A DNA stretch of 34,633 nucleotides, taken from positions 1 to 34,633 of the forward strand of contig JAYUYQ010000096.1 in the NCBI GenBank assembly GCA_043752435.1, written 5' to 3'. Of this stretch, positions 9,784 to 19,934 are shown one piece after another. The notes beneath the pieces were generated by a model that was not told the origin of the DNA, ran no database searches, and was given only the letters and a program-made list of their open reading frames with translations. The stretch is from Betaproteobacteria bacterium (GTDB lineage Bacteria > Pseudomonadota > Gammaproteobacteria > Burkholderiales > SG8-41). The first letter of the stretch is position 1. Each line of letters begins with the position of its first letter. The position numbers were made by a program, and so were the translations under genes.

Positions 9784-10452
9784 ATGATGTACATGATTTT
9801 CAAAGGTATTTTCTGGCGGATCGCGTTGCTGAGCGCAATGTTGCTACCGGCGCTGGCACAAGCCCAGACCGCCAAACCGGCTGGCCCCGCTGCGGCCCCG
9901 GCCACCTCCGCCGTGGCTGCAGCCGTTGCCACCTCAGTTGCCACCTTCGGTGCCGGCTGTTTCTGGTGCGTCGAGGAAGCCTTCGACAAGGTGCCGGGCG
10001 TCATTTCGACCATTTCGGGCTACATGGGCGGTCACACCAAAAACCCGACTTATCCGCAGGTTTCGGCGGGCAATACCGGCCACAACGAAGTGGTGCAGGT
10101 GGCCTACGATCCGGCGAAAGTCAGCTACGCGCAACTGCTCGACACCTTCTGGCGCAACATTGATCCGACCCAGGCCAACGGCCAGTTTTGCGATCACGGC
10201 TCACAGTACCGCAGTGAAATTTTTTATCACAATGACGATCAGCGCAAAGCCGCCGAGGCGTCGAAGGCAAAACTGCTGAAAGACAAACCGTTCACCGGCG
10301 ACATCAAAACGCTGATTACCAGGGCGGCGGAGTTTTACAGCGCCGAGGAATACCATCAGGATTACTACAAAAAGAACCCGGTCCGTTACACCTACTACAA
10401 GACCAGCTGCGGCCGCGCGGCACGCCTGAAGGAAGTGTGGAAAACCCAATAA
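9784..10452 (+). CDS. msrA: Peptide-methionine (S)-S-oxide reductase with signal peptide (exported)
   Basis: Signal peptide ending AQA, Ala/Pro linker, then GAGCFWC, SGYMGG, GQFCD, AEEYHQDYY and CGR. GGGAG RBS. Confidence 0.92.
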   Translation: MMYMIFKGIFWRIALLSAMLLPALAQAQTAKPAGPAAAPATSAVAAAVATSVATFGAGCFWCVEEAFDKVPGVISTISGYMGGHTKNPTYPQVSAGNTGHNEVVQVAYDPAKVSYAQLLDTFWRNIDPTQANGQFCDHGSQYRSEIFYHNDDQRKAAEASKAKLLKDKPFTGDIKTLITRAAEFYSAEEYHQDYYKKNPVRYTYYKTSCGRAARLKEVWKTQ

Positions 10453-10462
10453 ACCGGCGACG

Positions 10463-11587
10463 ATGCAGAAGCGCCTGCTGCTGATCGGCGGCGGCCACAG
10501 CCACGTCGAAGTCATCCGGCGCTTCGGCCTCAACCCCGAACCGGGCGTTGCAGTAACCCTGGTCAGCCCCGACCGGCATACGGCTTATTCGGGAATGCTG
10601 CCCGGCTACATCGCCGGGCATTACCGTTTTGAAGATTGCCATATCGATCTGGAAACTTTGTGCCGCAGCGCCGGCGTCACGCGCGTGGCGGCGGCGGTCA
10701 CCGGCATCGATTTGCAACGCCGCATCGCCCGCTGCGCTGACGGCGCAGAGCACGCCTTCGACGTGGTTGCCATCGACAGCGGCTCAACGCCGGTCATCGC
10801 CGGCATTCCCGGCGCTGCACAACACGGCATGCCGGTTAAACCGGTCCCCGCATTCCTCGGCTATTGGACGACACTGCGCGCAGCGGCGCGCAATGCACCC
10901 TCTGATTTGCGCATCGTCATCGTTGGCGCCGGTGCCGGCGGGGTCGAGCTGACATTAGCCATGCATAATCGTATCCGCGGCGACAATGGCCGTGCGCAGT
11001 TCACCGTCATCAGCGACGGCCCGACGCTGCTGGCCGCCCATCCGGCAGGCGTGCAGCAGCGTTTCAGCGCGGTATTGCGCGAACGCGGCATTACGCTGCG
11101 CCTCAATGCCCCGGTGCAGACTGCAACAGCCGAGGGCTTGGTGCTGGGCAGCGGCGAAGTGTTGCGCGCCGACCACGTGATCTGGGTCACTGGCGCTGCG
11201 GCGCCAGCCTGGCCGCGCGAATGCGGACTGCTGACCGATGCCGCCGGCTTCATCGTTGTCAATGCGCATCTGCAATCACCGTCTCACGACTGCGTGTTTG
11301 CCACCGGCGACATCGCGGCCATGCTGGCGACGCCGCGGCCGAAATCCGGCGTCTATGCAGTGCGCCAGGGTCCGCCGCTTACGGAAAATCTGCGGCGCGC
11401 ACTGCGCGGCGGCACACTGCTTGAATATCACCCGCAGCGCAGGGCGCTGGCCTTGATCAGTACCGGTGACCGTTATGCAGTGGCGTCATACGGACCGCTT
11501 GCGTTTGGCGGCGCGTGGGTGTGGCGATGGAAGGATTACATCGACACGGCGTTCATGCAGCGCTACCGCGTTGCAGAAACCCTTTAA
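10463..11587 (+). CDS. FAD-dependent pyridine nucleotide-disulfide oxidoreductase (stand-alone SelD N-terminal-like domain)
   Basis: LLLIGGGHSH, YSGMLPG, PVKP, GAGAGGVE, FATGD, PKSGVYAVRQG and WRWKDYID..FM motifs. Confidence 0.83.
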   Translation: MQKRLLLIGGGHSHVEVIRRFGLNPEPGVAVTLVSPDRHTAYSGMLPGYIAGHYRFEDCHIDLETLCRSAGVTRVAAAVTGIDLQRRIARCADGAEHAFDVVAIDSGSTPVIAGIPGAAQHGMPVKPVPAFLGYWTTLRAAARNAPSDLRIVIVGAGAGGVELTLAMHNRIRGDNGRAQFTVISDGPTLLAAHPAGVQQRFSAVLRERGITLRLNAPVQTATAEGLVLGSGEVLRADHVIWVTGAAAPAWPRECGLLTDAAGFIVVNAHLQSPSHDCVFATGDIAAMLATPRPKSGVYAVRQGPPLTENLRRALRGGTLLEYHPQRRALALISTGDRYAVASYGPLAFGGAWVWRWKDYIDTAFMQRYRVAETL

Positions 11588-11597
11588 CTTATTGATT
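11585..11597 (-). promoter_or_regulatory. Candidate IHF-binding site at a convergent gene junction
   Basis: Minus strand AATCAATAAGTTA matches WATCAANNNNTTR exactly and has an upstream A-tract. Confidence 0.5.
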
Positions 11598-11610
11598 TTA
11601 TTTGTATTTT

Positions 11611-12822
11611 TTAACTGACGGTGACGCGCGCGAACTTGCGCTTGCCGACCTGCAGCACCACGCTCGCGCCGCGCGCAAGCTTCAGCGACTTGTCGCTGAT
11701 TTTTTCACCGTCCATTTTGACGCCACCCTGCGCCAGCATGCGCAGCGCATCCGACGTGCTCGACGTCAGGCTCGCCTGTTTCAGCACGACGGCAATCGAC
11801 AGGCCGTCGGCCTCGCCTGTCAGTGTCACCTCGGAAATGTCTTCGGGAATCTCATGTTGCTTGAAACGCATCTCAAAATCGGCCAGCGCATTGCGCGCGG
11901 CATCGGGGCCGTGGAACCGTTCAACAATTTCCTGCGCCAGCGCCACCTTGATGTCGCGCGGATTGCGCCCGGTGGAAACTTCAGCGCGCCACTGTTTGAT
12001 GGTCTCCGGCGGCTCGAATGACAGCAGCTCGATGTAACGCCACATCAGTTCGTCGGACACTGACATCAGTTTGCCGAAAATTTCGTTGGGCGCTTCCTGG
12101 ATGCCGACGTAGTTGCCCAGCGATTTCGACATCTTGTTGACGCCGTCGAGGCCCTCGAGCAGCGGCATGGTCAATATGCATTGCGGCGCCTGGCCGTGAT
12201 TTTTCTGCAGCTCACGCCCCATCAGCAGGTTGAATTTCTGGTCGGTGCCGCCGAGTTCTACATCGGCCTTCAGTGCCACCGAATCGTAGCCCTGCACCAG
12301 CGGGTAGAGGAATTCGTGGATGGCGATCGGCTGGTTGCCGCGGTAACGCTTGGAGAAGTCATCGCGCTCGAGCATGCGCGCGACGGTGTGCGAAGCGGCA
12401 AGGCGGATCATGTCGACCGCGCTCATGCGGTCCATCCAGGTCGAGTTGAACACCACCTCGGTGCGCTTGCGGTCGAGGATGCGGAATACCTGTTCCGTGT
12501 AGGTCTCCGCGTTGCGCGCGACCTCCTCGCGGGTCAGCGGCGGGCGCGTCGCATTTTTGCCCGTCGGGTCGCCGATCATGCCGGTGAAATCACCGATCAG
12601 GAACAATACATGGTGGCCGAGCTCCTGAAACTGCCGCAGCTTGTTGATCAGCACGGTATGGCCCAGGTGCAGATCCGGCGCCGTCGGATCAAAGCCTGCC
12701 TTGATGCGCAACGGCCGGCCGGTGGCGAGTTTTTCGCGCAATTCAGGCTCGCGCAGCAGTTCGTCGCAACCGCGGCGGATAACCTCGATCTGGTGATCGA
12801 TGCTGGTCACGTTGTTGGTCAT
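11611..12822 (-). CDS. tyrS: Tyrosine--tRNA ligase
   Basis: [34 protein letters not shown] and a C-terminal S4-like domain (QVGKRKF). Confidence 0.98.
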   Translation of the reverse strand: MTNNVTSIDHQIEVIRRGCDELLREPELREKLATGRPLRIKAGFDPTAPDLHLGHTVLINKLRQFQELGHHVLFLIGDFTGMIGDPTGKNATRPPLTREEVARNAETYTEQVFRILDRKRTEVVFNSTWMDRMSAVDMIRLAASHTVARMLERDDFSKRYRGNQPIAIHEFLYPLVQGYDSVALKADVELGGTDQKFNLLMGRELQKNHGQAPQCILTMPLLEGLDGVNKMSKSLGNYVGIQEAPNEIFGKLMSVSDELMWRYIELLSFEPPETIKQWRAEVSTGRNPRDIKVALAQEIVERFHGPDAARNALADFEMRFKQHEIPEDISEVTLTGEADGLSIAVVLKQASLTSSTSDALRMLAQGGVKMDGEKISDKSLKLARGASVVLQVGKRKFARVTVS

Positions 12823-12895
12823 TCAGTGTGGTATTTCACGGTGCAAAAAACGGGTTTTCCAGCCCGCGGTACTCTGCTAAGCTTCGGGCTGAAAA

Positions 12896-14245
12896 ATGCT
12901 TGTAAATCAACAGGGGAAGCGCATTTTGTCTTTGTCCGCGCGATTCGCAATTCTAGCGCAAAAACTTTCCGGCGGGCTCCATGGCAATGCGGCGCGCCGT
13001 GTGCTGCTCGCGCTGGTGCTGCCGTTTGTCGGCGTCATGGCAGCGTTCGGCATCGCCCCCGACACGGTGACCGACACCGTGGCGCGGGAGAACGTCATCG
13101 AAGAGCTGGTGCTGCCGGCGCTGCCCGTCACCGACACCTCCGGCGAAACCTACTGGCGTGAAACGCGCATCGAGCGCGGCGACACCATCGCCTCCATATT
13201 GCAGCGCCTGCAGATCGACGAGGCAGGTTCGGCGCTGCTGCTGCAACATACGCGTCAGGCGCGTGCGCTGTACCGGCTGATCCCGGGCCGCACGGTGCGT
13301 GCCCAGACCACCGCCGACGGCCGGCTGCTCGCGCTGCGTTACCTGAATGGCGCGCAATTGCTGAAAATCGACCAGGCCGGCAACGATGTCCTGCAGGTCT
13401 GGGAAGGTCCCGTCGACGTCGAGACCCAGATCCACATGCGCTCCGGCGAAATCGCCTCCTCTCTGTTCGCCGCAACCGACGCCGCCGGCATATCCGACGC
13501 GGTCGCCGTGCAGATCGCCGACATCTTCTCCACCGACATCGATTTCCATCGCGACCTGCGTCGCGGTGACCGTTTCTCCGCCATTTACGAAGTGCAGTAT
13601 CACCAGGGTGAGCCGGTGAAGACCAACCGCCTGCTGGCAGCCGAATTCACCAATCAGGGCAAAACCTTCCATGCGGTGTGGTTTCAGAACCCCGAAGGCG
13701 AGGGCGGCTATTACACCCTGGAGGGCAAAAACATCCGCAAGGCCTTCCTGCGCTCGCCGCTGGAATTCTCGCGTATCAGTTCGGGTTTCACCAAGGCGCG
13801 CTTCCATCCGGTGCTGCAGACCTGGCGCGCGCACACCGGTGTCGATTACGCGGCACCCACCGGCACGCGGATCAAGGCCACCGGCAGCGGGATCGTCGAA
13901 TTCGCCGGACGCCAGGGCGGTTACGGCAACCTGGTGGTGTTGCGGCACCAGACAAAATTCACCACCTGGTACGGCCACCTGTCGGGGTTCGCTCCGGGCA
14001 TGCAGCGCGGCAAACGGGTAAGCCAGGGCGACGTCATCGGTTATGTCGGCAGCACCGGACTCGCCACCGGACCCCATCTGCATTACGAATTCCGCATCAA
14101 CAACGCCCATCAGGATCCGTTGCGCGTCGCGATGCCGCCGGCGCCACCGCTGGCGCCGCAGTACCGCGCCGCGTTTGACGAGACCACGCGCCCGATGAGT
14201 GAGCGCCTCGCGTTGCTGCGGCAAATTTCCTCGACTGCCCGCTAA
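12896..14245 (+). CDS. M23 family peptidoglycan DD-metalloendopeptidase (MepM-like)
   Basis: N-terminal TM segment, HTGVD (HxxxD), YGHLS and ATGPHLHYE (HxH). Typical tyrS-M23-anmK order. Confidence 0.92.
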   Translation: MLVNQQGKRILSLSARFAILAQKLSGGLHGNAARRVLLALVLPFVGVMAAFGIAPDTVTDTVARENVIEELVLPALPVTDTSGETYWRETRIERGDTIASILQRLQIDEAGSALLLQHTRQARALYRLIPGRTVRAQTTADGRLLALRYLNGAQLLKIDQAGNDVLQVWEGPVDVETQIHMRSGEIASSLFAATDAAGISDAVAVQIADIFSTDIDFHRDLRRGDRFSAIYEVQYHQGEPVKTNRLLAAEFTNQGKTFHAVWFQNPEGEGGYYTLEGKNIRKAFLRSPLEFSRISSGFTKARFHPVLQTWRAHTGVDYAAPTGTRIKATGSGIVEFAGRQGGYGNLVVLRHQTKFTTWYGHLSGFAPGMQRGKRVSQGDVIGYVGSTGLATGPHLHYEFRINNAHQDPLRVAMPPAPPLAPQYRAAFDETTRPMSERLALLRQISSTAR

Positions 14246-14257
14246 AGCACGCGCGCG

Positions 14258-15346
14258 ATGCCCGGTCTGTATATCGGGTTGATGTCCGGCACCAGCATGG
14301 ATGGCATCGATGCCGTGCTGGTCGACCTCCACAACATCCCCAAACTGCTGCACCACGCCCACCAGCCGTTTTCGCCGCAATTGCGGGCAGCACTGCTCGC
14401 GCTGAACGAGTCGGGCAACGATGAACTGCATCGCGCCGCTCTGGCGGCGAACGCACTGGCACTGGGCTATGCCACGGTGGTGCGCACGCTGCTGACCCAG
14501 GCACACTTGGCTTCCGACCGGGTAACCGCCATCGGTTGCCACGGCCAGACCGTGCGGCATCAACCGCAATCCGGTTACACCCTGCAACTGGTCAACGGCG
14601 CGTTGCTCGCCGAACTCACTGGCATCCGCGTAGTCTGTGATTTTCGCAGCCGCGACATCGCCGCCGGCGGTGAAGGTGCGCCGCTGGTGCCGGCTTTCCA
14701 TCGGACAGTGTTCACACATCCGCAGCAGTCGCGCGCGGTGGTCAACATCGGCGGTATCGCCAATATCACCAGCCTTCCGGCACGGGGTGACGTCATCGGC
14801 TTCGACTGTGGCCCCGGCAATATGCTGATGGACGGCTGGATCATGGCGCACCAGAACGTCTCCTACGACGCGGGCGGCGCCTGGGCGGCGCAGGGCGCTG
14901 CGCTGCCAGAATTGCTGGAACGACTGCTGACGCATGAATTTTTTGAACGGGCACCGCCAAAAAGCACCGGGCGTGACCTGTTCAATCTGAAAAATCTTGA
15001 GGCAGTGCTGGCCGGCAACGAGCGTCCGGTGGATGTGCAGGCCACACTGTGCGACCTGACGGCAACGGCCATCGCCCGCGCGCTGAATGCGCATTGCGCC
15101 GATGCCCGTGAGGTTTATCTGTGCGGCGGTGGTGCCCGTAACGACAGGCTGCGCCAGCGCCTCGCTGCGCTGCTGCCGGATCGCCGCGTGGCACTTACCG
15201 ACGAACTGGGTATTGCCGCCGAAGCGGTGGAAGCCGCGGCGTTTGCGTGGCTGGCGCAGCGTGCGCTGGCCGGGGAGCCCGGCAACCTGCCGGCGGTGAC
15301 CGGCGCGCACGGCCCGCGCGTGCTGGGCGCGATTTATCCGGCGTGA
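14258..15346 (+). CDS. anmK: Anhydro-N-acetylmuramic acid kinase
   Basis: GLMSGTSMDGID, HGQTVRH, DFRSRDIAAGGEGAPLVP, NIGGIAN, FDCGPGN, PKSTGRD and CGGG motifs. Confidence 0.97.
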   Translation: MPGLYIGLMSGTSMDGIDAVLVDLHNIPKLLHHAHQPFSPQLRAALLALNESGNDELHRAALAANALALGYATVVRTLLTQAHLASDRVTAIGCHGQTVRHQPQSGYTLQLVNGALLAELTGIRVVCDFRSRDIAAGGEGAPLVPAFHRTVFTHPQQSRAVVNIGGIANITSLPARGDVIGFDCGPGNMLMDGWIMAHQNVSYDAGGAWAAQGAALPELLERLLTHEFFERAPPKSTGRDLFNLKNLEAVLAGNERPVDVQATLCDLTATAIARALNAHCADAREVYLCGGGARNDRLRQRLAALLPDRRVALTDELGIAAEAVEAAAFAWLAQRALAGEPGNLPAVTGAHGPRVLGAIYPA

Positions 15347-15367
15347 CCGTTGATTGATGTGCCGCTG

Positions 15368-15398
15368 AAAAACAAAACGGGAGCAGAAGCCCCCGTTT
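15368..15398 (-). terminator. Intrinsic terminator after erpA (possibly bidirectional)
   Basis: Minus strand AAACGGGGGC-TTCT-GCTCCCGTTT followed by TGTTTTT, between convergent anmK and erpA. Confidence 0.75.
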
Positions 15399-15421
15399 GA
15401 TTTGCCGCCTGAAGTTACGGT

Positions 15422-15775
15422 TTACGCCGAGAACGACGAACCGCAGCCACAGGTGGAACTGGCGTTCGGATTTTTGATCACGAACTGCGCGCCTTCAACG
15501 TTTTCCTGGTAGTCGATTTCCGCGCCGGTCAGGTACTGCAGGCTCATCGGATCAACCAGCAGCGTGACGCCGCCTTTTTGCAGGGACGTGTCGTCTTCGT
15601 TCACCGCTTCGTCGAAGGTGAAGCCGTACTGGAACCCGGAACAGCCGCCGCCGGTGACGAACACCCGCAGCTTGAGTCCGGGATTGCCTTCTTCTTCAAT
15701 CAACTGCCGTACTTTGGCCGCGGCGTTCTCGGTGAACACCAGTGGTTCCGGCATCATTTCCACAACTGCATTCAT
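15422..15775 (-). CDS. erpA: Iron-sulfur cluster insertion protein ErpA
   Basis: [17 protein letters not shown] and TCGCGSSF motifs. ATG at 15775 follows an AGGAG RBS. Confidence 0.94.
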   Translation of the reverse strand: MNAVVEMMPEPLVFTENAAAKVRQLIEEEGNPGLKLRVFVTGGGCSGFQYGFTFDEAVNEDDTSLQKGGVTLLVDPMSLQYLTGAEIDYQENVEGAQFVIKNPNASSTCGCGSSFSA

Positions 15776-15852
15776 CGCTTGCTCCTGATTCGGTGCTGTA
15801 CTCAAGTGCTGTACTACAGGGGACCATTATAGTCCCTTGCTCCTGTCGGCGC

Positions 15853-16260
15853 TTAATCCACCGCAGCAGGCTTGAATTTCACGACTTTGTCGGCTTTGAC
15901 GTCATCCTGGTAGACCAGCCGGCCCTGTACCACGGCACCCAGCTGCATTTCCAGGGTCCGGTAATACACATCCCCTGTGACATTCGCCTTGCTCTGCAGT
16001 TCGACGTAATCAGCGGCATGTACCGGGCCGACCACCGTGCCGTTGATAACCACATGGGAGACGCGGATTTCGCCTTCGATACGCGCGGCCTCCGACAGCA
16101 CCAGCGTGCCGGGTTTGCCTTCGACGGAGGTCACATTGCCATGAACATGGCCATCGACGCGCAACCCGCCGTCGAACGTCAGATCACCCTTGATCACGGT
16201 GCCCGCGCCAATCAGACAGTCAATGCGATTCTGGGGTTTGCTGGGTTTATTACCGAACAT
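15853..16260 (-). CDS. Bactofilin (polymer-forming cytoskeletal protein)
   Basis: IDCLIGAGTVIKGDL.F.GGLRVDG.V.GNV beta-helix repeats. Confidence 0.92.
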   Translation of the reverse strand: MFGNKPSKPQNRIDCLIGAGTVIKGDLTFDGGLRVDGHVHGNVTSVEGKPGTLVLSEAARIEGEIRVSHVVINGTVVGPVHAADYVELQSKANVTGDVYYRTLEMQLGAVVQGRLVYQDDVKADKVVKFKPAAVD

Positions 16261-16274
16261 GATGACGTCTCCCG

Positions 16275-17024
16275 CTATGAAATCGTGACATTGTGGGTCA
16301 GTTTCGGCGCTTCGGAATTACCTTCGAACACGCGTACCTGCAGACCCTTTACCGCCGCATCGGGCGCGATCCGGAACATGCCCTCGACGCGCTGGAACAG
16401 CTTGAAACTGACTTGATATTCCTTGGACACCACCTTGGGATCCGGCGGCAGCATCAGGACTACTTTACGGCCATCCTGCTGCAGATTCAATACGAACTGC
16501 AGGCGACCGTTGAACTCCTTGGCCCGCTCCCCCGTCTGCACCAGCAGTAACTGGTAACGGTATTCGCCGGGAACGGTTTCCGGCAGCAGGCGGAAGCGGT
16601 TGACGCTGACGGCACCTTCCTTGCCGGTAGAAGCCGTCAGCGACTGGAAAAACGCGAGATCTTCCTTCAACGTGGCGTTTTCCTGTGCCAGCGATTTGAC
16701 CTGCCGCGCCAGGTCGCCGAAGGTCGCACGTTCCATCTGCAACTGGCGTTCTGCAGTGGCGGTTTTGGCATTCAGCTCCGCAAGCTCAAGCTGTTGCTGG
16801 CGCACGGTTTCGTCGAGTTGGGCGCGCAAACGCGTCGCCTCCCCCTGGCGAAATCCGGCGTATTCCAGGCCAAAGTCATAGGTAAACCAGGCTACACCCG
16901 CGACCAGCATCCCGCCCGCAACCACACCACTCCAGCGCCAGTACCAGGGCATGTGCGCACGTATCGCAAGATGCGGCGCGTCGATGCCGAAACGGCGCAC
17001 TATGTTTTTGATCGTGCGCCTCAT
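16275..17024 (-). CDS. Membrane-anchored coiled-coil protein (DUF6776-like)
   Basis: TM segment, coiled coil ending LKEDLAFF, YRYQLLLVQ and FKLFQRVEG. Usual neighbour of bactofilin and argC. Confidence 0.78.
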   Translation of the reverse strand: MRRTIKNIVRRFGIDAPHLAIRAHMPWYWRWSGVVAGGMLVAGVAWFTYDFGLEYAGFRQGEATRLRAQLDETVRQQQLELAELNAKTATAERQLQMERATFGDLARQVKSLAQENATLKEDLAFFQSLTASTGKEGAVSVNRFRLLPETVPGEYRYQLLLVQTGERAKEFNGRLQFVLNLQQDGRKVVLMLPPDPKVVSKEYQVSFKLFQRVEGMFRIAPDAAVKGLQVRVFEGNSEAPKLTHNVTIS

Positions 17025-17028
17025 GGCT

Positions 17029-18069
17029 TCAGGGCAGCAAAGCCACCTGGGTCAAGCCGGTATCCTCGGCCAGCCCGAACAGGATATTCATGTTCTGCAC
17101 GGCCTGACCGGCGGCGCCTTTGACCAGATTGTCGATCACCGACAACACGACCACGGTGTCCCCACCCTGTGGCTGGTGCACGGCGATGCGGCACTGGTTG
17201 GCGCCACGCACCGAACGCGTTTCGGGATAGCTGCCTGCGGGCATGACATCAACAAAAGCTTCGCCGGCGTAACGCTTTTCGTACAGCGCCTGCAAATCCA
17301 TGGGTTTGGTCAGTCTCGCGTACAGCGTGGCATGAATGCCGCGGATCATCGGCGTCAGATGCGGCACAAACACCAGACCGACCGGCTTGCCGGCAACACG
17401 GGCCAAGCCTTGTGCGATCTCAGGCTGGTGGCGATGGTTGCCGACACCGTAAGCCTTGAAATTGTCCGCGGCTTCGGCGTGCAATATATGAGTCTCCGCC
17501 TTGCGACCCGCGCCGGACACGCCGGACTTGGCATCGGCAATCAGATGACCGGCATCGACGCAGCCGGCCTCAATCAGCGGCAGGAATCCCAGTTGCACTG
17601 CCGTCGGATAACAACCTGGATTGGCAATCACGCGAGCTTTTTTGATCTCGGCGCGGTTGATTTCGGGCAAAGCGTACACCGCCTCGGCCACCAGCTCCGG
17701 ACAGGCGTGTTTCATCTTGTAATACTGTTCCCAGACCGCCACATCGCGAATACGGAAATCGGCGGCAAGGTCGATCACTTTCACGCCGGCATCGACCAAC
17801 GCGCGCGCCTCCTGCATCGCGACACCATTGGGCGTCGCGAAAAACACCACGTCGCATTGTTCCAGCCCGGCCGCGGCAGGTTCGCTGAAGCGCAAGCTGA
17901 CCCGGCCGCGCAGATTCGTAAACATCTCGGCCACCGGCATACCGGCTTCCTTGCGCGAAGTAATCGCGCGCAACTCGCAATGCGGATGCTGCGCCAGCAA
18001 GCGCAGTAACTCGACCCCGGTATAACCGGTGCCGCCGACGATACCCGCCTTAATAATCTTCTGAGTCAT
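17029..18069 (-). CDS. argC: N-acetyl-gamma-glutamyl-phosphate reductase
   Basis: [26 protein letters not shown] and [16 protein letters not shown] motifs. Confidence 0.97.
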   Translation of the reverse strand: MTQKIIKAGIVGGTGYTGVELLRLLAQHPHCELRAITSRKEAGMPVAEMFTNLRGRVSLRFSEPAAAGLEQCDVVFFATPNGVAMQEARALVDAGVKVIDLAADFRIRDVAVWEQYYKMKHACPELVAEAVYALPEINRAEIKKARVIANPGCYPTAVQLGFLPLIEAGCVDAGHLIADAKSGVSGAGRKAETHILHAEAADNFKAYGVGNHRHQPEIAQGLARVAGKPVGLVFVPHLTPMIRGIHATLYARLTKPMDLQALYEKRYAGEAFVDVMPAGSYPETRSVRGANQCRIAVHQPQGGDTVVVLSVIDNLVKGAAGQAVQNMNILFGLAEDTGLTQVALLP

Positions 18070-18123
18070 GTCTTACCTGCCCTCTCTGCCCGCCGACTTG
18101 TCGGCTTATGACGACATTTCCGC

Positions 18124-18158
18124 CAGAGACGACAAAGCCGCCCAAGGGCGGCTTTGTC
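18124..18158 (-). terminator. Hairpin/terminator after rpsI
   Basis: Perfect 13-bp inverted repeat GACAAAGCCGCCC-AA-GGGCGGCTTTGTC (18131-18158) with an interrupted U-tract. Confidence 0.7.
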
Positions 18159-18182
18159 CGAACACATTGTTCTGCCAAAAAC

Positions 18183-18575
18183 TTAACGCTTGGAGAACTG
18201 CTTGCGCCGCCGCGCTTTGCGCAAACCAACTTTTTTGCGCTCGACTTCGCGCGCATCGCGCGTGACGAGACCGGCTTTGCGCAACACCGGTTTCAGTGCG
18301 GCGTCATAGTCGATCAACGCGCGTGTGATGCCGTGGCGCACGGCACCAGCCTGGCCGGATTCGCCGCCGCCGGTGACATTGACCTTGATATCAAAAGTGT
18401 CCAGCTTCTCAATCAGCACCAAGGGCTGGCGCACGACCATGCGGCCGGTTTCGCGCGAGAAAAATTCGTCCACCGGCTTGCCGTTGACAACGATGCTGCC
18501 CTTGCCGGGCTGCAGGTAAACACGGGCCACTGCGCTTTTACGCCGGCCGGTACCGTAATTCTTTTGAACTGCCAT
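18183..18575 (-). CDS. rpsI: 30S ribosomal protein S9
   Basis: [23 protein letters not shown] and C-terminal QFSKR. Confidence 0.99.
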   Translation of the reverse strand: MAVQKNYGTGRRKSAVARVYLQPGKGSIVVNGKPVDEFFSRETGRMVVRQPLVLIEKLDTFDIKVNVTGGGESGQAGAVRHGITRALIDYDAALKPVLRKAGLVTRDAREVERKKVGLRKARRRKQFSKR

Positions 18576-18586
18576 GGTCTGTGATC

Positions 18587-19015
18587 CTAGATTTCGAGAG
18601 TCTTGGGCTGTTGCGCGATATGCGGGTGATCGGTACCCACATACGTCTTCATCTTTTTCAGCATTGCGTAGCCGAGCGGTCCCTTGGGCAGCATGCCCTT
18701 CACCGCTTTTTCGAGCACGCGTGCCGGAAATTTTTCCTGCATTTTTTCAAAGCTCGTGGTGTACAGGCCGCCCGGATATCCGCTGTGGCGGTTGTAGAGC
18801 TTGTCCTTGGCCTTGTTACCGGTCACGCGCAGCTTTTCGACATTGAGGACAACGATAAAATCACCGGTGTCAATGTGCCGGGTGAACTCGGGCTTGTGTT
18901 TGCCGCGCAGGCGATGTGCGATCCCCGCAGCGAGCCGGCCCAGCACTTTGTCGGAAGCGTCGACCACGTACCAGTCGCGTTTAACGTCACTCGGTTTTGC
19001 GGAATAGGTCTTCAT
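18587..19015 (-). CDS. rplM: 50S ribosomal protein L13
   Basis: WYVVDA..VLGRLA, LRGKHKP, HSGYPGG, GMLPK and HPHIAQQP motifs. Confidence 0.99.
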   Translation of the reverse strand: MKTYSAKPSDVKRDWYVVDASDKVLGRLAAGIAHRLRGKHKPEFTRHIDTGDFIVVLNVEKLRVTGNKAKDKLYNRHSGYPGGLYTTSFEKMQEKFPARVLEKAVKGMLPKGPLGYAMLKKMKTYVGTDHPHIAQQPKTLEI

Positions 19016-19053
19016 GCTTGTTCCTGCGTGTTCTCTGATTCAGGGAACCGCGA

Positions 19054-19083
19054 ATTCTATGGGAAATCAAGCGGATGTGTCAA
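19054..19083 (-). promoter_or_regulatory. sigma70 promoter of rplM-rpsI
   Basis: TTGACA (19083-19078), 18-bp spacer, TAGAAT (19059-19054), then a GC-rich discriminator TCGCGG typical of stringently controlled promoters. Confidence 0.75.
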
Positions 19084-19161
19084 ACTCCAAACACCTTCCC
19101 GATAACAGCCATCATCATCGGGAATGGTAAAATAACTGTTTAAAAACAATGGTTTAACGTC

Positions 19162-19920
19162 ATGCTGACGTGGCAACTGACCCATACGCTGGCTGCGCTG
19201 CTGCTGCCCCCGGGCGTGCTGATGCTGGTCATCGCCGGCGGCCTGATGCTGCACCGGACGCGCCCACGCCCCGGTATGGGCCTGGTCACCGGCGGTCTGG
19301 CTGCACTGTATGTGTTGTCGATGCCGCTGATCGCAGGTACTTTGCTCTCCGCACTGGAAGTGAGATCACCCGCGACGAACAACGGCGGCGCCGCTGCGAT
19401 CATTGTGCTCGGCGGAGGTAAATCTCATGCCGCGCCGGAATATGGCGGCGATACCATAATTGGCGCCTCGCTGGTTCGGCTGCGTTACGCCGCCCATCTG
19501 CAACGCCAAACCGGGTTGCCTGTCCTGGTCAGCGGCGGCAGCCCCGAAGGCAGTGAGCAAAGCGAAGCGGAACTGATGCGGCGCGCGCTGCAGAACGAAT
19601 TTTCGGTGCCGGTGCGCTGGGCCGAAAGCGGCTCTGCCAATACGCTGGAAAACGCGCGCCTGAGTTATCGCATGCTGGCCGCCGAAAACATCCGCACCGT
19701 TTATCTCGTCACCCATGCCTGGCATATGCCGCGTGCGCAGCTCGCTTTCGAAGCCGCCGGATTTAAGGTCATCCCGGCCGCAACCGGCTACACCACGCGC
19801 TATCGGCTGACCATTCTTGATTTCATGCCGGACGCGCGCGCACTGCGCGACAGCGCGCTGTTTTTCCACGAAATCATCGGCATAGTCTGGTATCGTTTGC
19901 GCCTCATTTTACAGGGTTGA
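19162..19920 (+). CDS. YdcF/DUF218 (ElyC-like) membrane protein
   Basis: N-terminal TMs, IIVLGGG, VLVSGG, SEAELM, S.NT.ENA, LVTHAWHMPRA and HE.IG motifs. Confidence 0.88.
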   Translation: MLTWQLTHTLAALLLPPGVLMLVIAGGLMLHRTRPRPGMGLVTGGLAALYVLSMPLIAGTLLSALEVRSPATNNGGAAAIIVLGGGKSHAAPEYGGDTIIGASLVRLRYAAHLQRQTGLPVLVSGGSPEGSEQSEAELMRRALQNEFSVPVRWAESGSANTLENARLSYRMLAAENIRTVYLVTHAWHMPRAQLAFEAAGFKVIPAATGYTTRYRLTILDFMPDARALRDSALFFHEIIGIVWYRLRLILQG

Positions 19921-19934
19921 TCGCGGGGACCGGA

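Noticed and set aside
12953-15310. 785-aa minus-strand ORF, and other long antisense ORFs such as 24960-26516, 21620-22960, 8714-9745 and 31880-32932
   Set aside because: These are shadow frames of well-supported genes in high-GC DNA and carry no recognisable motifs.
15422-19015. rplM-rpsI-argC-DUF6776-bactofilin-erpA cluster as a novel system
   Set aside because: This is a commonly conserved proteobacterial gene neighbourhood and nothing unusual was seen in the proteins.
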